A stretch of 31,541 nt of DNA, from positions 1-31,541 of the forward strand of contig DAOWGI010000095.1 in the NCBI GenBank assembly GCA_030637655.1, given 5' to 3'. The DNA is from a candidate division FCPU426 bacterium. GTDB lineage: Bacteria > Oederibacteriota > JAAXVQ01 > JAUVAV01. Made by a program: the position numbers and the translations under genes. A model generated the notes under the pieces. The model made no database searches. It saw nothing but the letters and a program-made list of their open reading frames with translations, and was not told the origin of the DNA. Of the stretch, positions 16,335 through 25,043 are shown one piece after another (within the stretch, counting starts at the first letter, position 1; the number at the start of each line of letters is the position of its first letter).

Positions 16335-19300
16335 TTATTTTTTTTCGATTTTTTTCGGTTTGGCCGATGTCATTCGCGCCAACTCAGGAATATCCGCGAC
16401 CTGCAGCAAAACTGCGCTCTCCCAGGTCCAATCGCCTCCCGGAAATTCCATTCTGATGGTTTTCCCATCCTTCTGATATACCCAGGAAGGCAGGGCCCCT
16501 ACGCGAAAAACATAGCGATGACTCTGATTGTCACCTTGCAGTTGAAACCGTATGGGTTGGCGTGCTTCTCCCCAGCTCAACACAACTGTTTTGCCTTGCA
16601 GGGAGGGAGCTGCCTTGATTTGGAGCACCAAGGCGTTCCCGCTTTTCTTTGTCTCGGATGAGCGCTGCAACTTTATGCTCACCGGTTTGGAAAACGCACT
16701 GACCACAATAGCGTGCCCTTGCGCAGTAACTGTTACACCTTTGGTTTCAACCGCTTTTACTCCTTCCAGCGGCAGAAAACCGGCAACAGTACTGCCCTGA
16801 CCAGGATCATATTTACCCAGGGTCCCCCATTTTCGGGGCAACTGATACAATTGTATTGGCATCTGCAAAGCAGCCACAGCTTCAAGATCCGCTTCCACCC
16901 CTTTCAGGCGCGGAACAAAAATAACCCAGGAACCAATTTGCTTGACAGGGACATAGGTCTGGAGCAAATATTCGGACAGCGCGTACTGCCGGACTACAGA
17001 AGGAATCCCGTCCAGCATCATATCCGTTCCGGTCTTGCCTTGGAAAAGTACGGTTTTAACCTCCGCGTTATCCAGATCGTGAATGGCTTCCAATTGCTGA
17101 GCAAAGGTAGCCAAACCTGATGTGCTCAGTGATTTTACGACCGGGCGTCGCGGAACCAGAAAATAAAGCAAGGGTTGATTGGAAAAATCATAAAAGGTTT
17201 CCGCGCTTCCTACCTGTTCCTCCAAATATTCTGCCATGGCATCCAGGATTTTAGCTTGGTCAACAGGGAGGAAAACATTTGTCAAGCGTTCTGTTTTCCC
17301 TGCTGTTAATCCTTGGACCTGAATTTTATTTTTCATACCAAAGCTGCCGGCTAATTCAGGCAGGGTGTGCTTACCCGGTTGCGGGATAAATAAAACCGGG
17401 AGAAAGGCGGCTAAAATAATGCCGCGCAGAATTCGCTGTTTGGCTGTCATCCGATAGATGAAAAAAGCCAAAAGCATAGCGGCCATAGGCAAGACATCCT
17501 GTAAAAACCCGTGGCTGCTCCGACTCAGATACCGCATCCAATACACACCTGTCAGGGTCACCAGGAGCAATACATTCCACGGCAGGAACCCGGTCTGACG
17601 AATATTTCTCAAAGCTTGCAGCACGGCCAAGCTTCCCAGGGTAATGGCCACTGGTGGTAAGGCAAATTGGAGAATTTGTCCAATGTTGGGTGTTGCTCCC
17701 AAACCGTGTAAGGGCAAGCCAAAAACACTGGTGTAGTTGGATAGAACCCAGGAAAAATTGGCAAAATATGCTTCCAGACTCCCGGTCATACCCAGATAGA
17801 GCCACCAGGGCAGTAATCCTAAAAGCGCGGCTCCTAAATACACACCCAGGTACAACAAACGGTTCTTCCAATCATTACTGCCCAAAAATACATAGGCAAG
17901 TAATAAAACCAAATGTCCTGTCAATGCCATAACACCGGCCGTAAATGAGGCAATCAAGGACAGGGCTGTCAGCAATCCTGAAAAAATCAAAATTATCCAC
18001 TGTGTGCGCTGGATGAAATACAGGGTAAAAATAAAGCTAATCATAGGAAAAAAGAAACGCGTCTCCGGCACGGTTCCTATATGGCCGGTCAATATGGTTA
18101 ATGCCATCAGCACGGCCCAGAGCCAGGGCAGACAAAAAATAGCTAAGAGATAAATTGCCACCACACCCAGGGGAGCCACAATCGCAATTAACATACGGTA
18201 GGATTCCACGGAAGTACCAAACCAGCTCAGCGCAGTCAGTGAGCTGGTCACATCCGCTAAAAAACCATGACGCAATAAAATTTCTTTAAATGGCAAGCGG
18301 CCCATGTGCATAGCTTGAACCGCGCTTAAACTTTCTCCCTCTTGAAATAAATCCAGCTGCCCAACCAAAGTTTGCGGATTATATGCTGCTTGACCGGGCC
18401 AGAACGCCACGGCATACACCAGAAACGGTATGGCCACAATAAGCATTAAACCTTTGAACAATTCTTCCGCCGCCGGATCAACTTCAATTGGTTGCCTTTT
18501 AAGTTTCATAAGATTAATCCCAAAGAAGGCCAGGCCCGCCACTCCGGCAATTCCGGCCAATACCATAGGCAGCCAGGTCACCTGCCGGGCATAAATAACT
18601 TTATCTTGCAGGAAATATTGCAGCACACCGGTAGCTTGTATCGGCAAAATAGCCAACGGCAGTAATGCCAAAGCCAGTGCCAGATAGACCTGATCAAAGG
18701 TCTGTTTGGAGTATAAAATATTAAGTAGGGCGCCAATCAGCAAGGAGAGAATCCATACCATAATTCCTACTCCCAACACAAACCACAATCCCCAACTTAA
18801 AGGTCCGGTGGTTGTGATGACACCTGGCAAAGATTGAATAAACCAACCCACTCCGAATCCCAAAACCAATACTCCGCCATGCGTAAAAACAGCAATGGGA
18901 TGATAATTACTCTCCGTAGGATTGGCAAAGAATATTCTGCGCTTGTCCCGTTGCTCCAGCCAGGCCAGCAGCACAAACCCCGCAGCCAGACCGGCAAAAG
19001 CAATAAGCGGAAACAGCAGCACAGCTTGACCTTGATACAGATAGGTCATCTGGGATAAAAAAACCGCAAACGGAACAGCACCCCGTTTTAAGGTTACGCT
19101 GATTGGCAGATGACCCAGTATCCGCTGCACCTGGGCCAACACCATCCAAAGCCATTGTCCCAGCACCGCGCCTACAATTCCACCCAACAAAACCAGAATT
19201 GCGTTCAACCGTTCATAGGAAGAAAGCACGCCCATAGAGAGCAGTCCCACAATGCCTTGAGTATCAGTACCGGACAGCGAGAATTGCTGAAGTATTCCAA

Positions 19301-19406
19301 ACGCAAAACCTGCGCCGGCCAAGATACTCGCAAAAATCACCATACCCCGATGAATAATTAAATTTTCATTTGCTGCTGCTGCTTTCAGGTCGTAAAAATC
19401 TGCCAT
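16335..19406 (-). CDS. Large polytopic membrane protein with GT-C (lipid-linked donor) glycosyltransferase-like module
   Basis: Many TM helices, loop LDLFQEGESL...GRLPFKEI...HGFL and the later segment YLEEQ.GSAETFYDFSNQPLLYFL.PRRP resemble GT-C proteins. Start ATG 19406 follows AAAGGAG. Confidence 0.6.
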   Translation of the reverse strand: MADFYDLKAAAANENLIIHRGMVIFASILAGAGFAFGILQQFSLSGTDTQGIVGLLSMGVLSSYERLNAILVLLGGIVGAVLGQWLWMVLAQVQRILGHLPISVTLKRGAVPFAVFLSQMTYLYQGQAVLLFPLIAFAGLAAGFVLLAWLEQRDKRRIFFANPTESNYHPIAVFTHGGVLVLGFGVGWFIQSLPGVITTTGPLSWGLWFVLGVGIMVWILSLLIGALLNILYSKQTFDQVYLALALALLPLAILPIQATGVLQYFLQDKVIYARQVTWLPMVLAGIAGVAGLAFFGINLMKLKRQPIEVDPAAEELFKGLMLIVAIPFLVYAVAFWPGQAAYNPQTLVGQLDLFQEGESLSAVQAMHMGRLPFKEILLRHGFLADVTSSLTALSWFGTSVESYRMLIAIVAPLGVVAIYLLAIFCLPWLWAVLMALTILTGHIGTVPETRFFFPMISFIFTLYFIQRTQWIILIFSGLLTALSLIASFTAGVMALTGHLVLLLAYVFLGSNDWKNRLLYLGVYLGAALLGLLPWWLYLGMTGSLEAYFANFSWVLSNYTSVFGLPLHGLGATPNIGQILQFALPPVAITLGSLAVLQALRNIRQTGFLPWNVLLLVTLTGVYWMRYLSRSSHGFLQDVLPMAAMLLAFFIYRMTAKQRILRGIILAAFLPVLFIPQPGKHTLPELAGSFGMKNKIQVQGLTAGKTERLTNVFLPVDQAKILDAMAEYLEEQVGSAETFYDFSNQPLLYFLVPRRPVVKSLSTSGLATFAQQLEAIHDLDNAEVKTVLFQGKTGTDMMLDGIPSVVRQYALSEYLLQTYVPVKQIGSWVIFVPRLKGVEADLEAVAALQMPIQLYQLPRKWGTLGKYDPGQGSTVAGFLPLEGVKAVETKGVTVTAQGHAIVVSAFSKPVSIKLQRSSETKKSGNALVLQIKAAPSLQGKTVVLSWGEARQPIRFQLQGDNQSHRYVFRVGALPSWVYQKDGKTIRMEFPGGDWTWESAVLLQVADIPELARMTSAKPKKIEKK

Positions 19407-19460
19407 CTGTTTAATCTCCTTTTCCAAACAATATCCGAATTTTTACAGGTAAAAATGCAG

Positions 19461-19623
19461 GTAGGGAACGGTCGCAACCGAAGGAAATCCCATTCGTAGG
19501 GAACGGTCGCAACCGAAGGAAATCCCATTCGTAGGGAACGGTCGCAACCGAAGGAAATCCCATTCGTAGGGAACGGTCGCGACCGTTCCCTACATCTATT
19601 CCGGTTGGGGGACCGTTCCCTAC
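19461..19623. repeat. Tandem array of three identical 35-bp units, a perfect GTAG REP palindrome and an extra half
   Basis: GTAGGGAACGGTCGCAACCGAAGGAAATCCCATTC starts at 19461, 19496 and 19531. GTAGGGAACGGTCG|CGACCGTTCCCTAC spans 19566-19593. GACCGTTCCCTAC recurs at 19611-19623. Confidence 0.92.
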
Positions 19624-19684
19624 CTACTTAAAGTTATTTTCGACTGTTTTAATAAAACATTTAAGCTGTATTAAAAATAAAGGC

Positions 19685-20572
19685 TTATTCAAAAATGTCA
19701 ATTTTCGAGTAGCTTTGGACATCAACCGGTGTTCCGGATACGAATAATTGATAATATAAACGCTTACCTTTCGCGGCGCCTCCGGTATTGCCAACCAGGC
19801 CCAAACGGTCTCCGCGTAAAACCTCTTGTCCTGTTTTGACTCCTATATTTTTCATATGGCAATACAAGGTGGCAAAGGAAAAACCATGATCAAGCAATAC
19901 CGTATTCCCCAGCATGGGCAATTTCTCAGCCATAATGATTTTCCCTTCAGCAACTGCATTTACCTCCAACCCACTGGCGCTGACCAAAGCAATTTCAATG
20001 CCTTCCAGAGCTACTTCAGCCTTGGAACCATATTGTCGAATGGTCCCAAAACCCGAGACCACTTCTCCTCCCACGGGCAAAATAAAATCCTGTAAGATTT
20101 TAGCACGATATTGGGGTTTTATAAGCAGCCTTTGGATTTTTGTCCGGTCCTCTATATATGCCTCAACTTTGAATTTGCGGCCTTTGACTTTATCCACCGG
20201 GCGTTCTATAAAATCCGGCAAAACTTGGATGGACAATTCCTCTTCCACTGGTTTAATTCCTTTTCCCAGCAGAAAATAGCACAGCAAACGATACTTGCCC
20301 GGGTTGATCTGGGGAATAGGCAAAAAGCTGGTAAACGTCCGCTCACCTAAGTCTTTACGTCTGAAAATACTCTGCTTTTTATTCAAAAACCGGACATATC
20401 CGCCTTTGACCTCTTCCGGTAGAATGTAACCTATTTGTAAAACTTCACCTGGTGATGCTTCTTCCTTAGGTATGATATATTCAATTTGTTGGGATATTCG
20501 TTGTTGCAGGGACGAGCAGCCACCGATAAAAATCATCAGTATCACCGGAGCTGTCCATATCAATTTAGACAT
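19685..20572 (-). CDS. M23 (LytM) peptidase-fold lipoprotein, probably catalytically inactive
   Basis: Start 20572 follows GGGGAGG and gives a lipobox-like IFIGG-C. M23 motifs are PV.GEVVSGFG, GNTVLLDHG, TLYCHM and G.VGNTG. The metal-ligand motifs are altered. Confidence 0.8.
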   Translation of the reverse strand: MSKLIWTAPVILMIFIGGCSSLQQRISQQIEYIIPKEEASPGEVLQIGYILPEEVKGGYVRFLNKKQSIFRRKDLGERTFTSFLPIPQINPGKYRLLCYFLLGKGIKPVEEELSIQVLPDFIERPVDKVKGRKFKVEAYIEDRTKIQRLLIKPQYRAKILQDFILPVGGEVVSGFGTIRQYGSKAEVALEGIEIALVSASGLEVNAVAEGKIIMAEKLPMLGNTVLLDHGFSFATLYCHMKNIGVKTGQEVLRGDRLGLVGNTGGAAKGKRLYYQLFVSGTPVDVQSYSKIDIFE

Positions 20573-20695
20573 GAATACACACACCTCCCCTGAAATGGCC
20601 TGCTTTTTATTTCTCTTTCTATGGTAAGGACACGCCGGCCAACGTATACGTCTATTCTTTTTATTAGACGGAAATAATTTGCTCAAACCCCAAAA

Positions 20696-21073
20696 TTACT
20701 CTAAATACGCAGCTTTCTGGTCATAATATGCTTTCAAAACAGCTTTTATCTTTGATCTGATGTTGCTTTCCATCAATTTATTCACACCAATAAATTTCAT
20801 GCCATATTCGTACATCAAAGGACCGGCTTGTCTGATCCAGATCACCGCGCCATGTATTTCCAAAGGATTTTTCTCCTCCAAGGTTGGCAAACAAATAATG
20901 ATCCGGTCTTTTTTAGACAATTTTAATGGTGATTGCAGACAAATGCCCTCTTCAGATAGATTGATGATGTCTGCAAATACCGCCATGTGAATATCTCCCT
21001 TTTCAGGCAGCACCTCGGTTCGGACGCGAAATACCGGTTGCACTCGATCTAAGCGTCGTCTCTCATTTTTCAT
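20696..21073 (-). CDS. Stand-alone PilZ domain protein
   Basis: ERRRLDR, NLSEEG, GAVIWI and YGMKF. Confidence 0.85.
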   Translation of the reverse strand: MKNERRRLDRVQPVFRVRTEVLPEKGDIHMAVFADIINLSEEGICLQSPLKLSKKDRIIICLPTLEEKNPLEIHGAVIWIRQAGPLMYEYGMKFIGVNKLMESNIRSKIKAVLKAYYDQKAAYLE

Positions 21074-21097
21074 GGTATCACCCCCACCACTATCATA

Positions 21098-22264
21098 TCA
21101 CGTGCCAGCTCGTTTTAAAATACTTTCAATCACCTCACAAGTATATTCCGGCATGTCCCAAACCACAGCCAAACGCCGAGCGTTTTCAGCAATCTTGGGA
21201 ATATCCGCAGCAGGAATATTTGCCTCAGCCAGACGTATGGGTGCCTGAAGTGTGGCAAACCAGTGTTCCAACGCTTGGATTCCCGCCAGCGCGCGTTCTC
21301 GTTCCTTACCCTCATCAATTCCGAATATACGTTGAGCAAATTGCGCGAATTTACGAGGAGCAATCTCCTCGGCATATTTCATCCAGGCCGGCGCCACAAT
21401 AGCCAATCCAGCTCCATGTGAAATATCATACATGGCGCTTAAGGAATGTTCTATGAGGTGCATAGGAAACCCTGTATTACCGGTCCCTGCCGTGGGTAAG
21501 CCATTGAGCGCTAAGGTAGCGCACCACATCAAATTGGCTCGTGCTTCATAATGTTCCGGCTGTTCAAAAATAATCTTAGCAGCCTCCATAATTGTATGCA
21601 GCAATCCTTCAATCAAGCGATCCTGAATCGGCAGGTGGGGATCCGAGGCATTAAAATAGGCTTCCAGCACATGTACAATGGCGTCCACCGCACCGTACAT
21701 GGAATGCTGACGCGGCACAGTAAAGGTATTGGTAGGATCCAAAATCGATACTTTCGGATATAAAACCTCTCCCCTAAGATTATATTTTTCTTGAGTCTCC
21801 TCTTTGGTAATCACAGCCCCGCCATTCATTTCCGAACCAGTTCCGGCCAAAGTAAGAACCGTGGTAATCGGTACTGCGGCAGTTACCTCTGCCTTGCCAC
21901 AGAAAAAATCCCAGACATCGCCGGCGTAACACACGCCGGCGGCAATGGCTTTGGCAGTATCAATAACACTGCCGCCACCCACTGCCACAATAGCTTCCAA
22001 TTGCTCTTGGCGAAAGCGCTGAATGGCCGTGTTCACAAAGCTAAGTACCGGATTGGGACGAACACCTCCCAATTCCACCCAGGTAATCCCAACCGCAGCC
22101 AGACTGTTTTTGACCTGGCCTAAAATACCATTCTTTTTCACACTGCCTTGTCCGTACAACAGCAACACACGCTTTCCCCAGGGCAGTGTCATTTCACCAC
22201 AGCACGCGGTCTTCCCTTGTCCGAAAAGAATTTTAGTAGGATTGTAAAAAGTAAAATTCTGCAT
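21098..22264 (-). CDS. Iron-containing alcohol dehydrogenase (BdhA/YqhD-like)
   Basis: NF.FYNPTKILFG, GGV.PNP, AVGGGSVIDTAKAIA, GTGSEMN, DAIVH..E.YF and HLIEHSLSA.YDISHGAGLA. Confidence 0.95.
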   Translation of the reverse strand: MQNFTFYNPTKILFGQGKTACCGEMTLPWGKRVLLLYGQGSVKKNGILGQVKNSLAAVGITWVELGGVRPNPVLSFVNTAIQRFRQEQLEAIVAVGGGSVIDTAKAIAAGVCYAGDVWDFFCGKAEVTAAVPITTVLTLAGTGSEMNGGAVITKEETQEKYNLRGEVLYPKVSILDPTNTFTVPRQHSMYGAVDAIVHVLEAYFNASDPHLPIQDRLIEGLLHTIMEAAKIIFEQPEHYEARANLMWCATLALNGLPTAGTGNTGFPMHLIEHSLSAMYDISHGAGLAIVAPAWMKYAEEIAPRKFAQFAQRIFGIDEGKERERALAGIQALEHWFATLQAPIRLAEANIPAADIPKIAENARRLAVVWDMPEYTCEVIESILKRAGT

Positions 22265-22290
22265 TTTATACTTCCTCTATTTTGATCGTC

Positions 22291-22442
22291 CTAACCCGGA
22301 CAAGCCGGAACCAAAAATATTTGACAAAATTAACAGGATATACGGGATTTTAAATAAATCCTATCAATCCTGTTATCCTGTCAAAAGAAATTTTTTGCGC
22401 TCTTTACGATGAATAATTTTCTTGCCAAAAAAGCAAGAATTT
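22291..22442 (+). repeat. Modular repeat copy 3 (tag, GACAGGAT/ATCCTGTC-type core, right end, extra hairpin)
   Basis: 22292-22423 is colinear with 544-675, with about 14 mismatches in 132 nt by hand alignment. It continues into the hairpin TTCTTGC-caaaaaa-GCAAGAA. Confidence 0.85.
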
Positions 22443-22570
22443 AAGACGTAAGTTACTAAATACTGTCTAATCTTACCACTCTCGGCGGCTTTCCCAAAGC
22501 TGGAATTGCGGCCCCCGGATATTTATTAAATTTTGCCCCGTAAAATTCCTCTGTTTTTCAGGAAAAAACC

Positions 22571-22600
22571 TTGACAGTAATTTTACTGCCTTTTTATAAT
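22571..22600 (+). promoter_or_regulatory. Consensus sigma70 promoter of the EF-G paralogue
   Basis: TTGACA (22571-22576), 18 bp, TATAAT (22595-22600). RBS CAGGAGG at 22622-22628. Confidence 0.75.
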
Positions 22601-22635
22601 CTACATCTATTATCTAAACCTCAGGAGGGCCTTAA

Positions 22636-24726
22636 ATGATCAGTGATTATAAGACAGAAAATATCCAGACTATTCTTCTAGCTGGACACGGCCAGGTTGG
22701 GAAAACAACCCTAAATGAGTCCTTGCTTGTTGTGGGTGGTTCTATTAAAGAGCCCGGCCTGGTTGACAAAGGTACGACAGTCTCTGATTTTGATGAAGAA
22801 GAAATTGCACGGAAAATGTCTTTGAAAACATCGCTCAGTTTTATTGAGTACCAAAATCGCAAAATAAATTTCATGGACACTCCCGGTTCACCGGATTTTA
22901 TTGGCGAGGTGAGAGCAGGATTGCATGTTACTGATTCCATCCTGATTTCGGTGGATGCGGAATCCGGCGTACAGATCGAAGCGGAAAAACACGCTCGCAT
23001 TGCCCAGGAGTTCAATGTCCCTCGTGTTGCTTTGGTAAATAAAATGGATAAGGAAAACGCGGATTTTGCTGCCGCACTGGATTCGATCACGCAAAAATTC
23101 GGAAAACCGGCAATACCACTCTGGCTGCCGATCGGTAGTGGCAGTAGTTTCACCGGAGTTGTGGATCTTATGAAAATGAAAGCCCTGCTTTTTGAAGGCA
23201 ATACTCCCAAGCCAAAAGTCGCTGATATCCCGGCTGAAATCAAGGACGCGGCGGATGAAGCGCATGAAAAACTCATTGAGGCCGCAGCTGAGGGTGATGA
23301 CACGCTCACTGAGAAATTTTTGAATGGGCAGACGCTTACAGACGAAGAAATTGCCAAGGGATTGAATGAAATCATTTCGGCCAATAGTTTTGTGCCCGTA
23401 CTCTGCGGTTGCGGTAATCGCATTGCCTGCGCCCAAGCACTATTGGATTCGTTTCTGCTCTTCATGCCAAATGCCGGCCAGCATCCGGACTTTGCCGGTT
23501 TTGAACCTGGCGAGCCGGACAAAGCCATGTCCCGCGAATCTAAAACAGATGCTCCTTTCTCCGGATATGTCTTTAAAACTTTGATTGACCAATATGCCGG
23601 AAAATTCTCATTTTTTCGTGTCATCTCCGGTACAGTGCTCTCTGATCAGGATGTCAGCAATGTAAATACCAATCGCAAAGAGCGGTTAAGTCATCTGCTG
23701 GTCATGCAGGGAAAAAAATCCTCTGAAGTTCCCAAAGCAGTAGCCGGTGATATTATCGCGGTGGCTAAGTTGGATGCTACCTTAACCGGGCACACCTTCG
23801 CTGATCCGGCCAAGGCCATTCAATATCCCGGCTTGCGCATGCCGCAAGCTGTTTACTCAGTTGCTTTAACTACCACCAAAAAGGGTGATGAACAAAAAAT
23901 GGGCACTGTCCTGGGAAAAATGTGCGAGGAAGATCCTACGCTTTCCTTCCGGTATGAACCGGAAATCCGCCAGTCCCTGCTTTCCGCAATGGGTGATCTT
24001 CAAATCGAGATCACTTTAACCAAATTAAAAAAGAAATACAATGTTGAGGTACAACGCGAAGTACCTGGAATTCTTTACAAAGAAACCATTCAAAAAACCG
24101 GCAAAGGCCATCATAAACATAGGAAGCAATCCGGCGGGCACGGACAATACGGCGATGTGTACTTGGACCTGTCACCCTTGGAACGCGGTGGCGGATATTC
24201 CTTTGAAGATGTCACAGTCGGCGGTTGTATTCCCAAAGGATACATACCCGGTGTGGAAAAAGGCGTAAAAGAATCCCTACAAAACGGTGTCTTGGCAAAA
24301 TACCCGGTTATTGACGTCGGCATCAAGGTTGTGGATGGTTCCTACCATGATGTTGACTCCTCGGAAATGTCCTTTAAAATCGCTGCCCGCAAAGCCTTCC
24401 GGGATGCTATGGAAAAAGCGTCTCCCGCACTCTTAGAACCGGTCATGAAAGTCAAAATCTTTGCCAACGATAGTTACATGGGAGCCATTACCAGCGACCT
24501 GAATTCCCGGCGTGGACGCATACTCTCCATGGGCACGGAAAAAATCGAGGCCAATATTCCGCAGGCGGAATTACAAACCTATTCTATGGATTTAAAAGCC
24601 ATGACTTCCGGCACCGCTGCTTTTGAGATGGAATTTTCACATTATCAGCCGATCTCCGGGCGTATTGCGGACAATGTCATCAAAGCAGCCGCAGCATTGC
24701 ATGCTGATAGCAAAGAGGATGATTGA
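22636..24726 (+). CDS. fusA: Elongation factor G paralogue (EF-G2-type)
   Basis: G1 GHGQVGKTT, G3 DTPGSPDF, G4 NKMD, EEDPT, MGDLQ, YKETI, QSGGHGQYG, DGSYHDVDSSEMSF and LLEPVM. It has RKMSL in place of canonical RGITI and lies outside an rpsL-rpsG-tuf operon. Confidence 0.93.
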   Translation: MISDYKTENIQTILLAGHGQVGKTTLNESLLVVGGSIKEPGLVDKGTTVSDFDEEEIARKMSLKTSLSFIEYQNRKINFMDTPGSPDFIGEVRAGLHVTDSILISVDAESGVQIEAEKHARIAQEFNVPRVALVNKMDKENADFAAALDSITQKFGKPAIPLWLPIGSGSSFTGVVDLMKMKALLFEGNTPKPKVADIPAEIKDAADEAHEKLIEAAAEGDDTLTEKFLNGQTLTDEEIAKGLNEIISANSFVPVLCGCGNRIACAQALLDSFLLFMPNAGQHPDFAGFEPGEPDKAMSRESKTDAPFSGYVFKTLIDQYAGKFSFFRVISGTVLSDQDVSNVNTNRKERLSHLLVMQGKKSSEVPKAVAGDIIAVAKLDATLTGHTFADPAKAIQYPGLRMPQAVYSVALTTTKKGDEQKMGTVLGKMCEEDPTLSFRYEPEIRQSLLSAMGDLQIEITLTKLKKKYNVEVQREVPGILYKETIQKTGKGHHKHRKQSGGHGQYGDVYLDLSPLERGGGYSFEDVTVGGCIPKGYIPGVEKGVKESLQNGVLAKYPVIDVGIKVVDGSYHDVDSSEMSFKIAARKAFRDAMEKASPALLEPVMKVKIFANDSYMGAITSDLNSRRGRILSMGTEKIEANIPQAELQTYSMDLKAMTSGTAAFEMEFSHYQPISGRIADNVIKAAAALHADSKEDD

Positions 24727-24840
24727 TAACAGTATTGAGCAGGATACGGATTTACACCCTTCGTCCTCTACTGGTAATAATAGGAGTGTAACCTTATTAG
24801 ACTTCCCGGCGCACTAACATGTCAGTGAAGCGGGAAAAAC

Positions 24841-24974
24841 CTAATCCGGATAAACCGGAACCAAAATTAGCCGCCGATGAACGCAGATAGACGCAGATAT
24901 TTATAGCTTAAGAGATAATAAAAATTTTAATCTGTATTTATCGGCGGTTATCAGCGGTTAATTTTCTTTCCATT
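24841..24974 (+). repeat. Modular repeat copy 4 (tag, GCCGCCGAT..GCAGAT/ATCTG..ATCGGCGG core, right end)
   Basis: Tag CTAATCCGGATAAACCGGAACCAAA (24841-24865), a quasi-palindromic core, then TAATTTTCTTTCCATT. Confidence 0.8.
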
Positions 24975-25043
24975 AGTTCACTGACATATTACGAATGATA
25001 TTCATGCGAATTCCTGTGAATGAACACAAGACGAAACCGGCCT

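Noticed and set aside
19461-19593. CRISPR array
   Set aside because: The units are identical and contiguous, with no unique spacers and no cas genes in the window.
22647-23624. 325-aa minus-strand ORF (also 22888-23436)
   Set aside because: Antisense shadow of the well-supported EF-G gene, with no recognisable motifs.
24803-24840. Intrinsic terminator after EF-G
   Set aside because: The hairpin is not followed by a U tract on either strand.
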